DNA of 64,000 nucleotides, taken from positions 267,108 through 331,107 of the forward strand of contig JBJCIZ010000028.1 in assembly GCA_051294375.1 (NCBI GenBank), read 5' to 3'. The notes under the pieces were generated by a model. The model made no database searches. It worked only from the letters and a program-made list of their open reading frames with translations, and was not told where the DNA came from. Origin of the DNA: Paraspadella gotoi. Lineage: Eukaryota > Animalia > Chaetognatha. The position numbers were made by a program, and so were the translations under genes. Of this stretch, positions 41,010-55,180 are shown in pieces (positions within the stretch are counted from its first letter, which is position 1; each line of letters begins with the position of its first letter).

Positions 41010-42759
41010 CTCTCTCTTCTCTCTTCTCTCTCTCTCTCTACCTCTCTCTCTTACTCACTCTACGCGATGCCTAAAATATATGAAATCGTTTTTCTACAAC
41101 TTCCATACCACATCAAGAAAAAAGAAACGAGGCTTAACGGGTATAAACAAAACAGGGATGCTGGAGGCGCTAAATTCGCCCGCTCCACTCCCCGCCTCCG
41201 AGACCCCCCTCGCTCCGGTTTGCGTTCACCTCTCATTTTTTTTTAGCCCGGATCGCCTCCGCGGTTCGCCTCTTTACGCCTCCGGCTTTTTGTTAAAAAA
41301 AATTTTTTATTAGTTTTGTATTTGATATTATTTTTTTAATATCAGATCAATGGGTCATGAAAAAAAAATATTTTAAACAATTTTTTGCAAGACATATTTG
41401 AGAGAGAGAGAGAGGGAGAAGAGAAGAGAGAGAGAGAGAGAGAGAGAAGAGAAAGAGAGAGAGATAAATAAAGAGAAAAAAAAATAGAGAGAGAAAAGGA
41501 TAAAGCTTCAAAAAAAATAGTTAGGAAAAGAATATTATTGAGAATAAGGAGCAGCTGAGAATAAGGACAAGATTTATACTTATATGACTTTATTTCATTT
41601 CCTTTTTTATTCACTCTTTAAACTTCTGTCCTTTAAAAAAAAATAGTAAAAATTTTATATTTAACTAATAAAAATTTCTAAAAGTAAAGAATAAACACAT
41701 CGTACTATGAATATTTATTATATAAAAATTGTTATTAAAATTTTTTGTAGTAAGCAATATTTATAATAATATTTACCAAGACATAAATTGAGAATGGGGG
41801 AAAAAAAATCTGTCCTCACTTCTATACGTTACCCTAGACACCCCACAAAAGAAAAAAAAATAACTCATTTTGAAATACAAAAAAAATTAAAAATGTTTTT
41901 ACTACATCGTAGTGAAGTCAAAAATTATGATTCAGCAGTTTTTTTTTAATGAATTTTAAAGTTTTTTTATAATTTTTATACAAATAATGAGAAAATTAAT
42001 CAACGACTTTGTCATTCTTTTTCAAATTTAACTTCTCTTATATAAATCATTATCTACTAAAAAGAAAGCTTTAATTTGAATATTTGTTCTCAAGTTATAA
42101 ATAAAATAACTAAATTATTGTAAAAATGGGAACAATTTGGTAAATTAGTATATGAAAAAACTTATTCATTCTTATTTAATAAAAAAACTAATAGAAATTT
42201 AACATACTATTGTTTAGATTTAAAATAAACCCTAATTAATTTTTTTTTCAACAAATAAACTACAAAAAAAAATGCTTGGTTGGAAACTTTTCTCTCACTC
42301 TTTCTTTTTTCTCTTTTGCTCTCTTTCCCACTCTTCCTTCTTTTTTTTCTCTCTCTTTCTTTTTTTCTTTTCTCTCTTATATTTTATCTCTCTTACTCTC
42401 TCTCTCTTGGCTTTCCTCTCTCTTGTCTCTCTTTCTGGCTATCTTTTTCTCTCTGTCTTGCTCTCTCTTGCACTCTCTATTTGCGCGTCTCTCTGTCCAC
42501 ACTGCTTCCTTCTCTCCCTCTCTTTTTGAATTATATTTTTTTCATCAATCTAGCAATAATTCACATTCATTTTTTTGAAATTTGTTTTTTCAGTTTTTTT
42601 TAAGTTGTTTTTTTATATTTTGCTTTTAATTATTTATATTTTAATATATATACTATTTTTTTTAAATTAAAATACAAAGTCAGGAGAAGATAACTTATTT
42701 ATTAAATGAATGGATAATTGNNNNNNNNNNNNNNNNNNNNNNNNNTCTCTCTCTCTCCT

Positions 42760-42817
<58 letters not shown>

Positions 42818-45800
42818 GCTGAAAATCGCGTAATCAATATATGATAATACTTAGGCTAAAATATAATTGAAATCGTTTTTCTACAACTTCCATACCACAT
42901 CAAGAAAAAAAAAAAAACGAGCTTAACGGGGGATATAAACATAACCATGACAGTACATGACTGACATGGGGACATATATAACATCCCAAAATAACAGATC
43001 CTTCTCGGTCGGTCGCGTGGAAATCTCCGGACGAGATCTCGATCCATTCCAGCTGCGCCTCTCCGACTCCGCCGCCTCAGCCGCCGCGCCCCAGCTCCGC
43101 GGCGTCGCCTGCGGCTGCGCCGAGAATCTCTACGCTCTCGGCGACGCCGTCGTCGCCGTCGACTGCGCAGGCGCCGTCGGGCGTTTTCTGTGGGTGACGC
43201 TGCCCGACGACGGGAGACGGTCGGGCAGGACGTTGAAGGTGACCAGAGTGTCCGCGTTTCCGGTCGAAGCGGTCGGCGCTGGCGGCGTGGAGGGCGATTT
43301 GGCGTGGGGGAAGAGGGCGTGCGCGTCGGCGGCGAATCCCGTTGACGTGACGACGGGGCGATGCGGCGGCGGCGGCGGCGGCGAAAGAGGCGCTCGGGTT
43401 TCTGGCGATGATCCTTGGGTCAGAGTGGATTTGGGGCAGAGGAAGAAGGTGAGGNNNNNNNNNNNNNNNNNNNNNNNNNNNNNNNNNNNNNNNNNNNNNN
43501 NNNNNNNNNNNNNNNNNNNNNNNNNNNNNNNNNNNNNNNNNNNNNNNNNNNNNNNNNNNNNNNNNNNNNNNNNNNNNNNNNNNNNNNNNNNNNNNNNNNN
43601 NNNNNNNNNNNNNNNNNNNNNNNNNNNNNNNNNNNNNNNNNNNNNNNNNNNNNNNNNNNNNNNNNNNNNNNNNNNNNNNNNNNNNNNNNNNNNNNNNNNN
43701 NNNNNNNNNNNNNNNNNNNNNNNNNNNNNNNNNNNNNNNNNNNNNNNNNNNNNNNNNNNNNNNNNNNNNNNNNNNNNNNNNNNNNNNNNNNNNNNNNNNN
43801 NNNNNNNNNNNNNNNNNNNNNNNNNNNNNNNNNNNNNNNNNNNNNNNNNNNNNNNNNNNNNNNNNNNNNNNNNNNNNNNNNNNNNNNNNNNNNNNNNNNN
43901 NNNNNNNNNNNNNNNNNNNNNNNNNNNNNNNNNNNNNNNNNNNNNNNNNNNNNNNNNNNNNNNNNNNNNNNNNNNNNNNNNNNNNNNNNNNNNNNNNNNN
44001 NNNNNNNNNNNNNNNNNNNNNNNNNNNNNNNNNNNNNNNNNNNNNNNNNNNNNNNNNNNNNNNNNNNNNNNNNNNNNNNNNNNNNNNNNNNNNNNNNNNN
44101 NNNNNNNNNNNNNNNNNNNNNNNNNNNNNNNNNNNNNNNNNNNNNNNNNNNNNNNNNNNNNNNNNNNNNNNNNNNNNNNNNNNNNNNNNNNNNNNNNNNN
44201 NNNNNNNNNNNCCCCCCTCCCCTTCTACCCGCCAAGATATCGATGCCCGGCTCGGCAAAGACCCTCGCATTCTGCGGTCTCCGGGTCTTCGAGGACCTGG
44301 CGCCGCAAAAGCCGCCGCCCGGCGCCAACCTGGCGCTGCACAAACCCGCCTGCTTGTCGTCGCGCTGGAAGTGGAGCTGCTGCGGTCCGGAACTGGCCGT
44401 CGATGGAAAAGGAAAGGACGCCGCTCATTCTAACAAGGTTTTTGTGATAGGGTGGCTGGAGAAGCCTGCTGCTGTTGTTGTGTATTTGGTGTAGTTGCTC
44501 TAGTGGTTGAGTCTTTTGATTGCATTTTTAAAATATGATATGTGTCTTTCATGGATGATATTTAACTTATTTCTAAAATATTTTTTTTCTTTGTTCGTTT
44601 CCAATCGTTAATTTTAACTTTTGATCAAAAGAAATCAAGTAATCAAAATAATCAAGTAATCAAGTAATCAAAATAATTCAAGTAATCAAATAATCAAATA
44701 ATTCAGGTAATCAAGTAATCAAGTAATCAAATAATCAATCAAGTAACCAAGTAACCAAGTTCGGATTTCTTATTTCTGAATCCAACTTTAAAAACCAATT
44801 TTTTCTAAAGCTTTTTCTTACACAAAAACAAGGGCTAGTATTCTTCAGTCAACTGAGCGCCCCTTTCCACGAGCCTAATTAAAAAACGAATTTGTTAATT
44901 CTAAATAATATGTAATAAAATTAATAAATTCCACCCCCAACTCCCCGCCAGATCGACACAGAGCAATGGTTTCGCGTGGATCTCCTTCAAAGTCTGCCGA
45001 TCGGCAGCGTCAGGGTCTTCAACCGCCCCAAATACCGCCGCCGCCTCGATCCGCTGCAGATCCGCGTCGGCGCTGGAAAAAGCTGGCGGGACGCTGCGCT
45101 CTGCGGCTGCGGCAGCGTCTCCGTCGGGGAGGAAGAGGAGGAGTTGACGATTACGTGCGGAGGGGTTGAGGGGAGGTGAGAAGAGGGAGGAGGGAGGGGG
45201 AGATGGGGGTGGGAGAGAGAGAGGGGGAGAGAGGGAGGGGAAGGGAGGGAGGGAAAGAGAGAGGTAGAAGGAGAGAACCATCTTATTTAAAGGATCAAAT
45301 GATTTTCTTTCAGCTCTTTACCCCCTCCCCTGATCACTTGGTCCCCTTAATAATCCATTTTAATCCCTTTCTATTTCCTTTTAATCCCTTCCTTTTCTTT
45401 CTCCTTTTCCAAACTTCAAGATACGTTTTCCTCGTCCTTCCGCCGATCGAGCGTCGATCCTTCCGCGGAGGAAAACCGACTTCGTCTTTCAACAAACGAA
45501 TTCTCAACTTTGTCCAGATTGAAGTCTACGAACACGTGGGTCGGAATTTGTTGCGGGATGCGCCAATCGTACCGGGGTAAGATAGAAAGTGAGTGAGATA
45601 GAGAGAGAAAGAGAGATAGAGAGAAGGAGAGTCAGTTAATAAATAAATAAATAAACAACGAAACAACAGAGCTGGACTAAATATTTTAATGAAAAACTAT
45701 AAAATAAATAAATAAATAAATAAATATAAATAAATAAATAAATATAAATAAATAAATAAATAAATAAATAAATATATAAATATAAATAAATAAATAAATA

Positions 45801-48386
45801 TATAAATACATAATTTGATAATTTATATATTGGTTGCAATAAATAAATAAAAAATAGTTTTTCTTTTTTTCTTTTTTTTTGTGATGCCATTTCCAATGCC
45901 ATCTCTAACGCCATCTCCAACGCCATCTCCAATGCCATCTCCGCCGCCATCTCCAACGCCATCTCTCATGCCATCTCCTCAGGTATAAACTCACCCACGG
46001 TTGCTTCATCGACGGATTCAACGATGAAACTTACCTCAACATCACAGAGACGGAATGCGCTGCCAAGTGCGACTCTTTTAGGAGATACGAGCTGCCGCAG
46101 GTGGGGGGAGAGAGAGAGATAGAGAGAGAGAGAGAAAAAGAAAGATTCCGAAGTACAAAGCTTATTTAAGGCCAGTAAGATTTAAAGAGATACAGACAGT
46201 CAGACGAACTGACGGACAAACAGACAGAAAAACAGTCCCTCAAACCGACAGATAGACTTGAGCGCTGTAAGATTAGATTATCATCAGATTATCACCATCA
46301 TCATCATTATTATCATCATCATCATCAGATTATCATCAGCACAAAAGAACATGACAATTCTGTATCAAAAATAAATTACAAACAATTAAAATTTAAAAAA
46401 TCAATTTTGTTTTCAACTATTAAGTGTTAATTAAGTATTAATTACTAAAACATAATACAAAAAAGGGCTGCCTCTCTTTCGACTACGACCGGCTCCGCGG
46501 CGTCTGCTACATCTCCTCCCGCGCTGCTGCCACCACGCCGTCCACTCACCTCGTTTCCCGCCAAGATTTCGCCCACTACGAACGGGCGGCTGCGGCCGGC
46601 ATGTGCCGCCTTCCGTCGGGTAAAGTAAAAAGTTTAGGAAAAATAGAAAATTTGGCGATTATATTTTGAAAAATTATCTTCTTTGTGGTTAATACAAATG
46701 TATGTTTTGTTTTCCTACTTTTACTAATTTAGTATCCCATTGTTATTCTGACGGTAGTCTTAAGTACACTATTTTTTATCGGTATCTTGAGGTTTTATTT
46801 ATTTTTAACTAATTTAACAAAAGAATTTCAAAAATAAATATTAGATGTCAAGAATATTTGCAAAAAATTCAAATCCTATCTTAAAATTTAAAAATAACTT
46901 TTTAAAAATTTTAGCTAAATAAATATACAAGTATTACTCTTAAAAAATATAGTTCGCTGGGGAACATTGACGTATAAATTTTTTTTAAAAATCAAAAAAA
47001 ATTATTTCCTGGGTTTTATTTTCAAGATCTAAGCGCTAAATTTGGATTATATTTGGATTATATTATATATTATATTGAAAATTTTATAATTTTTTGCAAC
47101 ACTGTAGTTGACAGCGGGAACGTGTGCGGCGGGAAAGGCGAAGACGCTTGTCGGCTTAAGGGGTGTTGCTACGATCCGAATATCGTTTGGTGTTATCATT
47201 CCGAGTTGAGTCGGTGGAACCAGCAGGGTGAGTGTTCCAAGAGTGCCCCTTTTATATCATCACAGATAAATAAAATGCGGAAATAGAAAAAAGGATTAAG
47301 GAAGAGGATTCCGGAAGAGGAAGAGGATTCTAGAATGATTTCGAATGAGATTTTGGAATCCAAATCCAGAAAAGGAACAATACTTAATTTTAATCCTAAT
47401 AACCTCAAACTTTAATCCCTAATCCTTAACCCTAATCTCTAACCATATTTACTAACCTTGAACCCTAACCCTGATCGCTTACCAATATGTGCTGAGAAAA
47501 AAATAAAAAAAAGAGTTTATCCTTTTAAATTTTTTTTTTTTCAGCCACAAAAACTTGTAGTAAAAAATGTGAGGAGATGCTCGCCGCCTTTGAAGGAAAT
47601 AACAAGACCGATGATAAAAGTGCTGATAAACGCGATTCAAAGATAGAGGCTAAACTTGACGTGGCAATTGAGGATGACTCAGAGCCTCTTGCCCATGGAG
47701 ATCTGGATGCCCTCGTCGAGGTCTTCCACAAGATCGCCCTTAAAGAAGCGGAACGTCTGCTGCCATCAACGTCAAAGAATTTTTGGGAATTTGTACGCAA
47801 TAACAAAGAGATTAAGGTTCGATGTTAAGAATATTTGTACAAATTGTTTTATAATGATACTGTATTAATTATGTAAAGATATTTTTAGTAAAATATAAAA
47901 AATTTTAATATAAATTATCAATGTTTTAATATTAAATATTTGAATTTGAATATAAATTAAAGTATATAATATAAAACTTTTTTATATTTTAATGTTTTTT
48001 ACTTAAAAATATATTTAAAAAATGACTACAATTTTTTTTTCAATTTGCATTAATAAATAAATATTTGTTATGTAAACATTATCACAAGCACTGGAAGCTT
48101 GAATATTAGTTATTTCATCTTTATATTCCATTCCAGGATGGCCTTTTCAGCTTTTCCTGGCCATTCAACGTGAACGCCATCAGAAACCTTTTTGATCTTT
48201 ATACTAAATTCGGTAGAAAAAAATTGGAAGAATTTCCGATGATATTTTTGGGTTTCGCTTATCAAAGGAGGAAGATGGATGAAAGGACAAGAATGACATT
48301 TTATAAGACTGGATATTGGGGGTAAGATGGGGAGGAGGAGAACATTGAACATTGAACATTGAACATTGATCTGAGTGGGAGAGTAT

Positions 48387-48438
<52 letters not shown>

Positions 48439-50612
48439 AGCGTTCTGTAAAAACTTTTGAAGATATAAATGTTGAAAAAACGTTAATGGTAATTTTTTTA
48501 ATGAGGTAAATATATAATTTGATAATGGAAGCTACACTATGTAATATATAAAACAAAATAATAAACGAATATAATAAATTAGTGTTTCCACTATGTATTA
48601 AAATCTTTTGGTTTTATCAGTTCTTTTTGAGGTAGTGAAAATATAAATAATTACACTGATGAATAGCTTATCTCTTATTCAGCGTCATTAAAAATGTCTA
48701 ATTATAAAAATATAACCATTTAAAGGGGATTTTATGACTAACACCGCCTTCCACTTAACCCATTTAAATCACAGCTACAACGGGATCTTCAACAATCTGG
48801 TCAACACCGACTTTGCCAAATCTGGACTCACTGAGGCTCAGAGGAAAGTCTTGGTCGAGGAAGAAGACGAGGAAGCAGAGAAAGCAAACGAGGAAGAGAG
48901 GAAGAAAGACGAGGAGGTGAGGGAGAAAGACTTTATATTATAATCTTAAATTCTGATCTCCAGTCCTGAACCATAATAGTACCTCGTGATAATATTTTAT
49001 TTTTATCTTTGACGGTTTTACAAATAACAATTTATGTTACTTAAAAGTTGATAACATTTGTTTTAAATTATTATCAAAAAGCTTTTAAAATATAGCTTGT
49101 AAAATGAAATCAGTCCATAATTTTTGAAAATATTTTTTATACTTTTATACTGCGTAGTCACAGTCCCAAAGTAAATGCGGCATATATCATGTGCAACATT
49201 TAGTTCTTTTACATAGTTAAAACGTTTCAGATAACCTTTAACCGTAGTGACGTGATCACCGAGAAATATACGTGATGAAGGCAACACATTGAAATCACGG
49301 TTCTCGTTTTGAAAATCCCCTCAGTTCAACCGAGCCTACGTCGGCCAAACTCACTCTACCGACAAAACCGACATAGATTCTTGGAGCCGACAACACGAGG
49401 CCGACACATTGAAGAGACAGTGGAACGACTACATTAATTATTACACTAAGAAATGCGGAGTGGAAAGAGCGTCGGATTTGAAGTTTCCTCCCAGGGGGTT
49501 GGGTAAGATAGAGTTTAAAAAGTTATTTTAAACTTTTTTGTTCAATTACTGATATATTGATTTATAATGTTGAGTTTTAAATCAATTCCTTTTTTTTATT
49601 TTTTTTTATTTTTTCGATATTTGGTAATTCGTTATGGATTCTCATTTATTTTTTTTTATAAACTTTGATCGGCTCATTAAAACTTTTTCGAGAGTTTTGC
49701 CTTTTGTTTAAAATAGCGGAAAGTGCGAGACTCGATGTGCGTCGAGCTCGAGCGCCCCTGTCGGTAATGGTCGAATGAATGAAACAAAAAGGTTTCCCTC
49801 AGTTAAAAAGTGTTTTTTAAAAAATGACTATACTTAAACTCTCCTGAATTCAAATGTTATTTTAACTGACAAATACGACAGCTTATGTGAAATTTGAAAT
49901 TTGACTGTTAGAATCTTAAAATGCATTGTATATTGATGAATTTCCATCAACAACAAAAATTATAACTATCTCTCTTCTATTTAAAAAAAAAAAAATTTAA
50001 ATAATAGTCAAAATAATTAAAAATAATCGTATCAATTAATTTCATGAAATAATAAACTAATTAACTTTTACGTCCTTTCCCTCGGGGTATTTTATTAACA
50101 TTTTAAAACTATTTAAAAATGATTAAAAATGACATTAAATGACCCTTTTTTGATTTCCTCCCCTCCTCCTTCGTAAAGGCACGAGCGGTTTCGAAGCGGT
50201 GGAATATTATCTCTCCCGCAACGAGGCGCTGCTCAAGTTCCCGACGAAGACGGCCCCATGGCCCGTGCTGGTCGATCTATTTTTAGACATCCCGTTGGAG
50301 GAATGCTATTGGGTCTGGCACAGACTGGAGACCGGACAGGGGATCAAGACATACGGACCGTACGGGGACGCTTGGTGAGAGCGGGGGGGAATAAGGATAG
50401 GGGGACTGGGGACTGGAGAATGGGGACTGCAGAATAAGGATAGGAGACTGGGGACTAGGCATGTGGGCAATAAGGATAAGAGACTGGGGATTTTGGATTG
50501 GGGAATGGGGAATAAGGATAGGGGAATGAATATTGGGAAATGGGGACTGGAAAATAAGGATAGGGAAACTGGGACTGGGTTTGGGTTCCCTCTCTTTCTC
50601 CCAACTCTTTCA

Positions 50613-50671
<59 letters not shown>

Positions 50672-52032
50672 TCTCTCTCTCTCTCTCTCTCTCCTCTCCA
50701 AAACAGGAAGAAACGCAGAGAAAATTTGTCAAGCGTCCAACTGGCATCCGAAATCCATTCCTTGGATCGCCAAACACGGCGGCATCTGCGGTCAGCTCTC
50801 GGCACTCGCCAAATACAATTACATCTGCGCGGGATTTCCGGCCGAACAGATGTCGCAACCCGGGCACCTGGCGGGTCAGTGATGGAGAGAGAAAAAAAAC
50901 AAGAGAGAGAAAGAGAGAACAGAAAAAAAACAATTCTACGGACGGACAAACGGACAAACGGACAAACGGACAGCCTCTCGAACTTTTGTTCCCAGGTTAT
51001 CGCTACAGAAGAGACAAAAGCGACTATAAAGTTTCTCTATTTCATTCTTTGGGAAATTTATTTCATTCGAGCAACACTGGAGACGTGGAACAATCTAAGT
51101 GGAATTTCCCGCCGTTCGGAGTAGATAGCAGGTAGAGAGTACCTTTGCAAAACATTAACAACAAAACGCAATGCCAATGGCGAGAGAAATATGATCCGTA
51201 GCCATATTAATAACCGACAATGCTCATTAATGTGAAAGTTCATCGAACCATATCAGTTTTATATATTTTATGTTTTCTCTACATCATTCATGAAGACATT
51301 CTCGATTTAATGAAAATATAATGAAAATTACGACAACCATTTTGTTTTATAAAGGATCTAATGACGATCGGCACAGAGTCATTTTTTCTAAGATTTTCAT
51401 GCTTTTACAAAGCACAACGGAACGAAATAAATTCAAGCTTTGAACAATGAATTAAATTTCAAAATTTTTTAGTAAACTACCATTTTTAGGTAGTCTGGGG
51501 CATGATAGCTTGTTTACATTGAATATTGAAAAACCTTTGTAAATATTTCAAAGTTTACACACGCTTTCATTTTTAATCATAGTTTATATAATCATTATTC
51601 CATACAACCTTGTAAAACTTTACCCGCTTAATTTTAATTCACCCAAGACGGGTCTTTATCGACTACGACCGAGGTCTCGCTTATTCCATGAACACCGACA
51701 ACGGCTGCGGACTGGATCGTTGGCAAAAAGGACAAATCGCCCTCAACGTATTTCATTCTTTGCCGCCAGAAATGAGAAAGAGTTTTAGAGCGAGAAAGAT
51801 TCTCTACGCGGCTTTGAAGAATTGTCCTTTTATGGTCCACGTCTGGTTTAGATTAGGTAAGTTGAGAAAATCGGGTAAGTTAAAGCGAAGAAATGTGTCG
51901 GACCTTATTTAAATACCTTTAGGAATCATGCATTATGGATGATTTAGTATTTTGATAACGGAAAAACAAACAACTTGAGAACCTTCCTTTTCTCTCAGTC
52001 TCTCTCTATCCGTCTCTCTCTCTATTTTTCCG

Positions 52033-52064
<32 letters not shown>

Positions 52065-52472
52065 ACCCGGCCCCTGTAAATTCAATACGCTTCTCTCCTC
52101 AACTTCATTCGTTTGCATTAGATTTATTAGACTTATTATAATAATAATATTAACTATTAGACTTATTATAATAATAATATTAACTTTTAAACTTATTATT
52201 TATTCGACTTATTATCTATTAGACTTATTATTTATTAAACCTATTACATACAGTTTATTAGACTTATTGTTTATTAGACAAATTCCTATTTGCACCTTTC
52301 TTTACCATCTTAACCTTACCCCAAGGCGATGAACTTACCCTCCCGCCCGGCGTCCGTCCCTACCGTCAATCGGAGGGAACGAAATTCTTCGCCAAACTCC
52401 CGAAAAGTTGTCCTCATGTTGACGAGGAAGAGATGGCGTTAGTAGCTTCGTTTAGAGATACTATGAGGTGAG

Positions 52473-52533
<61 letters not shown>

Positions 52534-55107
52534 TATCTCTCTTTTTCTACCTATAACTCTCTCTCATTCTCTTTCTCGCTCACGCGATGATTAGAGATTC
52601 TTTAAATCTCATTTGCATATTGAAGTCTTAACGTCGCCACTTATTTTATAACGAATGTTGACTTACAATTTGGTAAATTTTTATCAACTGAAATCGTTAC
52701 TCTTAGAATCAGAAATGAGAAACAGGTAATAACTTCTCGGGCGAATGTAACGTTAGAAAAAGTCTGTGAATGTTACGATTATTTGTCGACCGACTTGGAA
52801 TTAGATAAGAGATTATAAATTTGACGGTAAAAATAATATTATTAGAAATAATTGATAATAATTACTTACGCTGAAGTTTACTCACAATTAAGGTCTAATA
52901 TCATAGTACTAAGACATTATGAGGAGAAATGGGACAGAGCTTTGGGCGTGAGTTTACACGGATCAGGTGACAGGAATATGGAGTGCCTTAATGGGATCGA
53001 AAATTTCTTATTATGTTAGGACTGCTGTGTGGCGACAGATTAATTTAAATTTTTGGACTGCATACATGGATCATGCATATTTGGGTAGAGGTGATGGTGT
53101 ATGTCACTGTGTGGTTTAGCAGACAGAGAACGATGGCATACTGTAATAGAGTGTGAAGTGGTAATTAGATTGTGGGAAAAGTTAAGTGTGACTTTGTTGA
53201 GATTGGATGACAGGAGAGTTTGACAAGAAGGAGATGGACTAGGTTTAAACTGGAAGAGGAGTTAAGGTTAAACTAAGAAATAAGTTAGGTTATATGTTAA
53301 GGTCTATAGTAATGAAAATGAGAGGGGAAGAATGAGGAGGGTTGAAATAGCGGTGGACAGATTATGGAATATGTTTTTAAAAACACTTAAGAAAGGAATT
53401 AGAAGAGGAATATTGGGTTGCAAAATTAAATGGGAGGTTAGAGGTTTCGATGAATTTTTAATGGTATTTAGGTAAACGGGGATGGTCAAATAGAATGGGG
53501 TAACTTGATTAAAAATGTTAGAGTTGGTTATTGGACTTTATTTAGCTAAAGTTTTTAAATTTGATATTAAGATGAATAAGATGAGGGTATTGTGTATTAG
53601 AAGAGGAATATTGGGTTGCAAAATTAAATGGGAGGTTAAGAGGTTTCGAGAAAACTGTTTTAATTGGTGGGTATTTAGGTAGGATGAACGGGGATGGTCA
53701 AATAGAATGGGGTAACTTGATTAAAATGTTAGAGTTGGTTATTGGACTTTATTTAGCCAAAGTTTTTAAATTTATTAGCTAAAGTTTTTAAATATATTAA
53801 TATTAAGATGAATAAGATAAGGGTATTGTGTATTGTGTATTGTTTTGTATTGTTAGTCATATTTCATTAAAAAAAATAATAAATAAAAAATAAATAAATA
53901 AAATAAAATAAAAAAAACCGCCATTTTAGCTCCTATATGTTTGACTATTTTATTGTGTCATTGTCATTGTCATTGTCATTGTCATTGTCGTTAAAAAAAA
54001 AATATATTAATATTAAATAGAATCAGTCTTTTTACACTAATTAAACATAATTAAATAATATAAATTGCCTTTGCCACAAACCATGACTTTAACACTAACT
54101 TAAACTTAAACATTATCTTAAAATTAAAAATTAACCTTAACCTTAATTATAAACTTTAACCTTGATGTCCAATGCTTATTGTCTGGGTAATGTTAAGTCA
54201 TGTTTAATCCTTTAGTCATTACATCATAATGTCATTTACGTCATTTTACGTCATTTAGAAATTGGTACAACCAATATGTCATTTTCATTAAAAAAAAAAC
54301 TAACGTTTCTTTTACGTCATTTTAGTCATGTTTGGTCCTTAATTCATTACGTCATTGTGTCATGTCGTTGTATGTCGTTATATCATTTTGGGTTATTTTA
54401 GTCATAAGGTCATTGTCTTTTATGTCACTTTACGTCTTTATGTAACCTCTGTTTTTATTATTTTTGAAAATAAAAAAAAAAAATATATTATTCGGCGAAA
54501 AAAAAAAAAAAGTTATATACTTAAATAACTTAATTTCCTACATCATATTGACTTTTGTGCTCCCATTAGCCCCCTGCCTCGGTTGGGACATTAAGACTAC
54601 AAAAAGAAAAAAAAATATAGGCAGTCTCTGGACCAGATCTTGCAAAATGTCAGAATATTTTTTCTGTATGTAGCGTACTTACATAGGGAAAAATAACAAA
54701 ATACTAACTGAAGTTATAAATTAAATAAAGTAACTACTTCCCCCCCCTCGTCTCCACAAAGACAATGGATCTCCCCTTCAATAGACCTGCCCAACGGTTT
54801 CGAGGAATTCTTCAGCCGCATCTACGCCAATCCGTCCTGCTGCGCCGGCGGCGGTAAAGCTGCCGAGCGCGTCCTGAGGCTGCTGGACGAGGAAATTGAA
54901 TTTCAGAAGAAGGAGAGAAAATTTGAGAAGAGAAAATGTACGAGGAGAATGGAGATAGAAGCGATCGAGAGAATGATGGTGAGAGGGGGAGAGGGAGAGA
55001 GAGAGAATAGGAGAAGGGAAGATATTTTTTTTGATTTGATTTGATTATTTATGCTCAAAATGTGAAAATTTAACACCGTAACAATGCAATGTAATGAGCT
55101 GTACATG

Positions 55108-55180
<73 letters not shown>

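Larger units (their letters stand above)
37740..45576 (+). other. Four tandem F-type lectin (fucolectin/FTP, F5/8 type C) domains
   Basis: Starts ENLALGK, DLALHRPACLSS, DLAWGKRACAS, NLALHKPACLSS; cores PWxLIDL, WWYVDLG, PWVRVDLG, WFRVDL; ends GRFVFV..LTLCEITV, GRFLWV, GRYVFL..LNFVQIEVY. Confidence 0.85.

Noticed and set aside
42957-44494. 300-500 aa ORFs
   Set aside because: Inflated by the N gap; only the flanking exons are real.
50372-50712. Possible in-frame TGA at the 50374/50711 junction suggesting stop-codon reassignment
   Set aside because: One extra A after the 50706 acceptor explains the phase mismatch (WKNAEK). The assembly is indel-rich and other exons use TGG for Trp.
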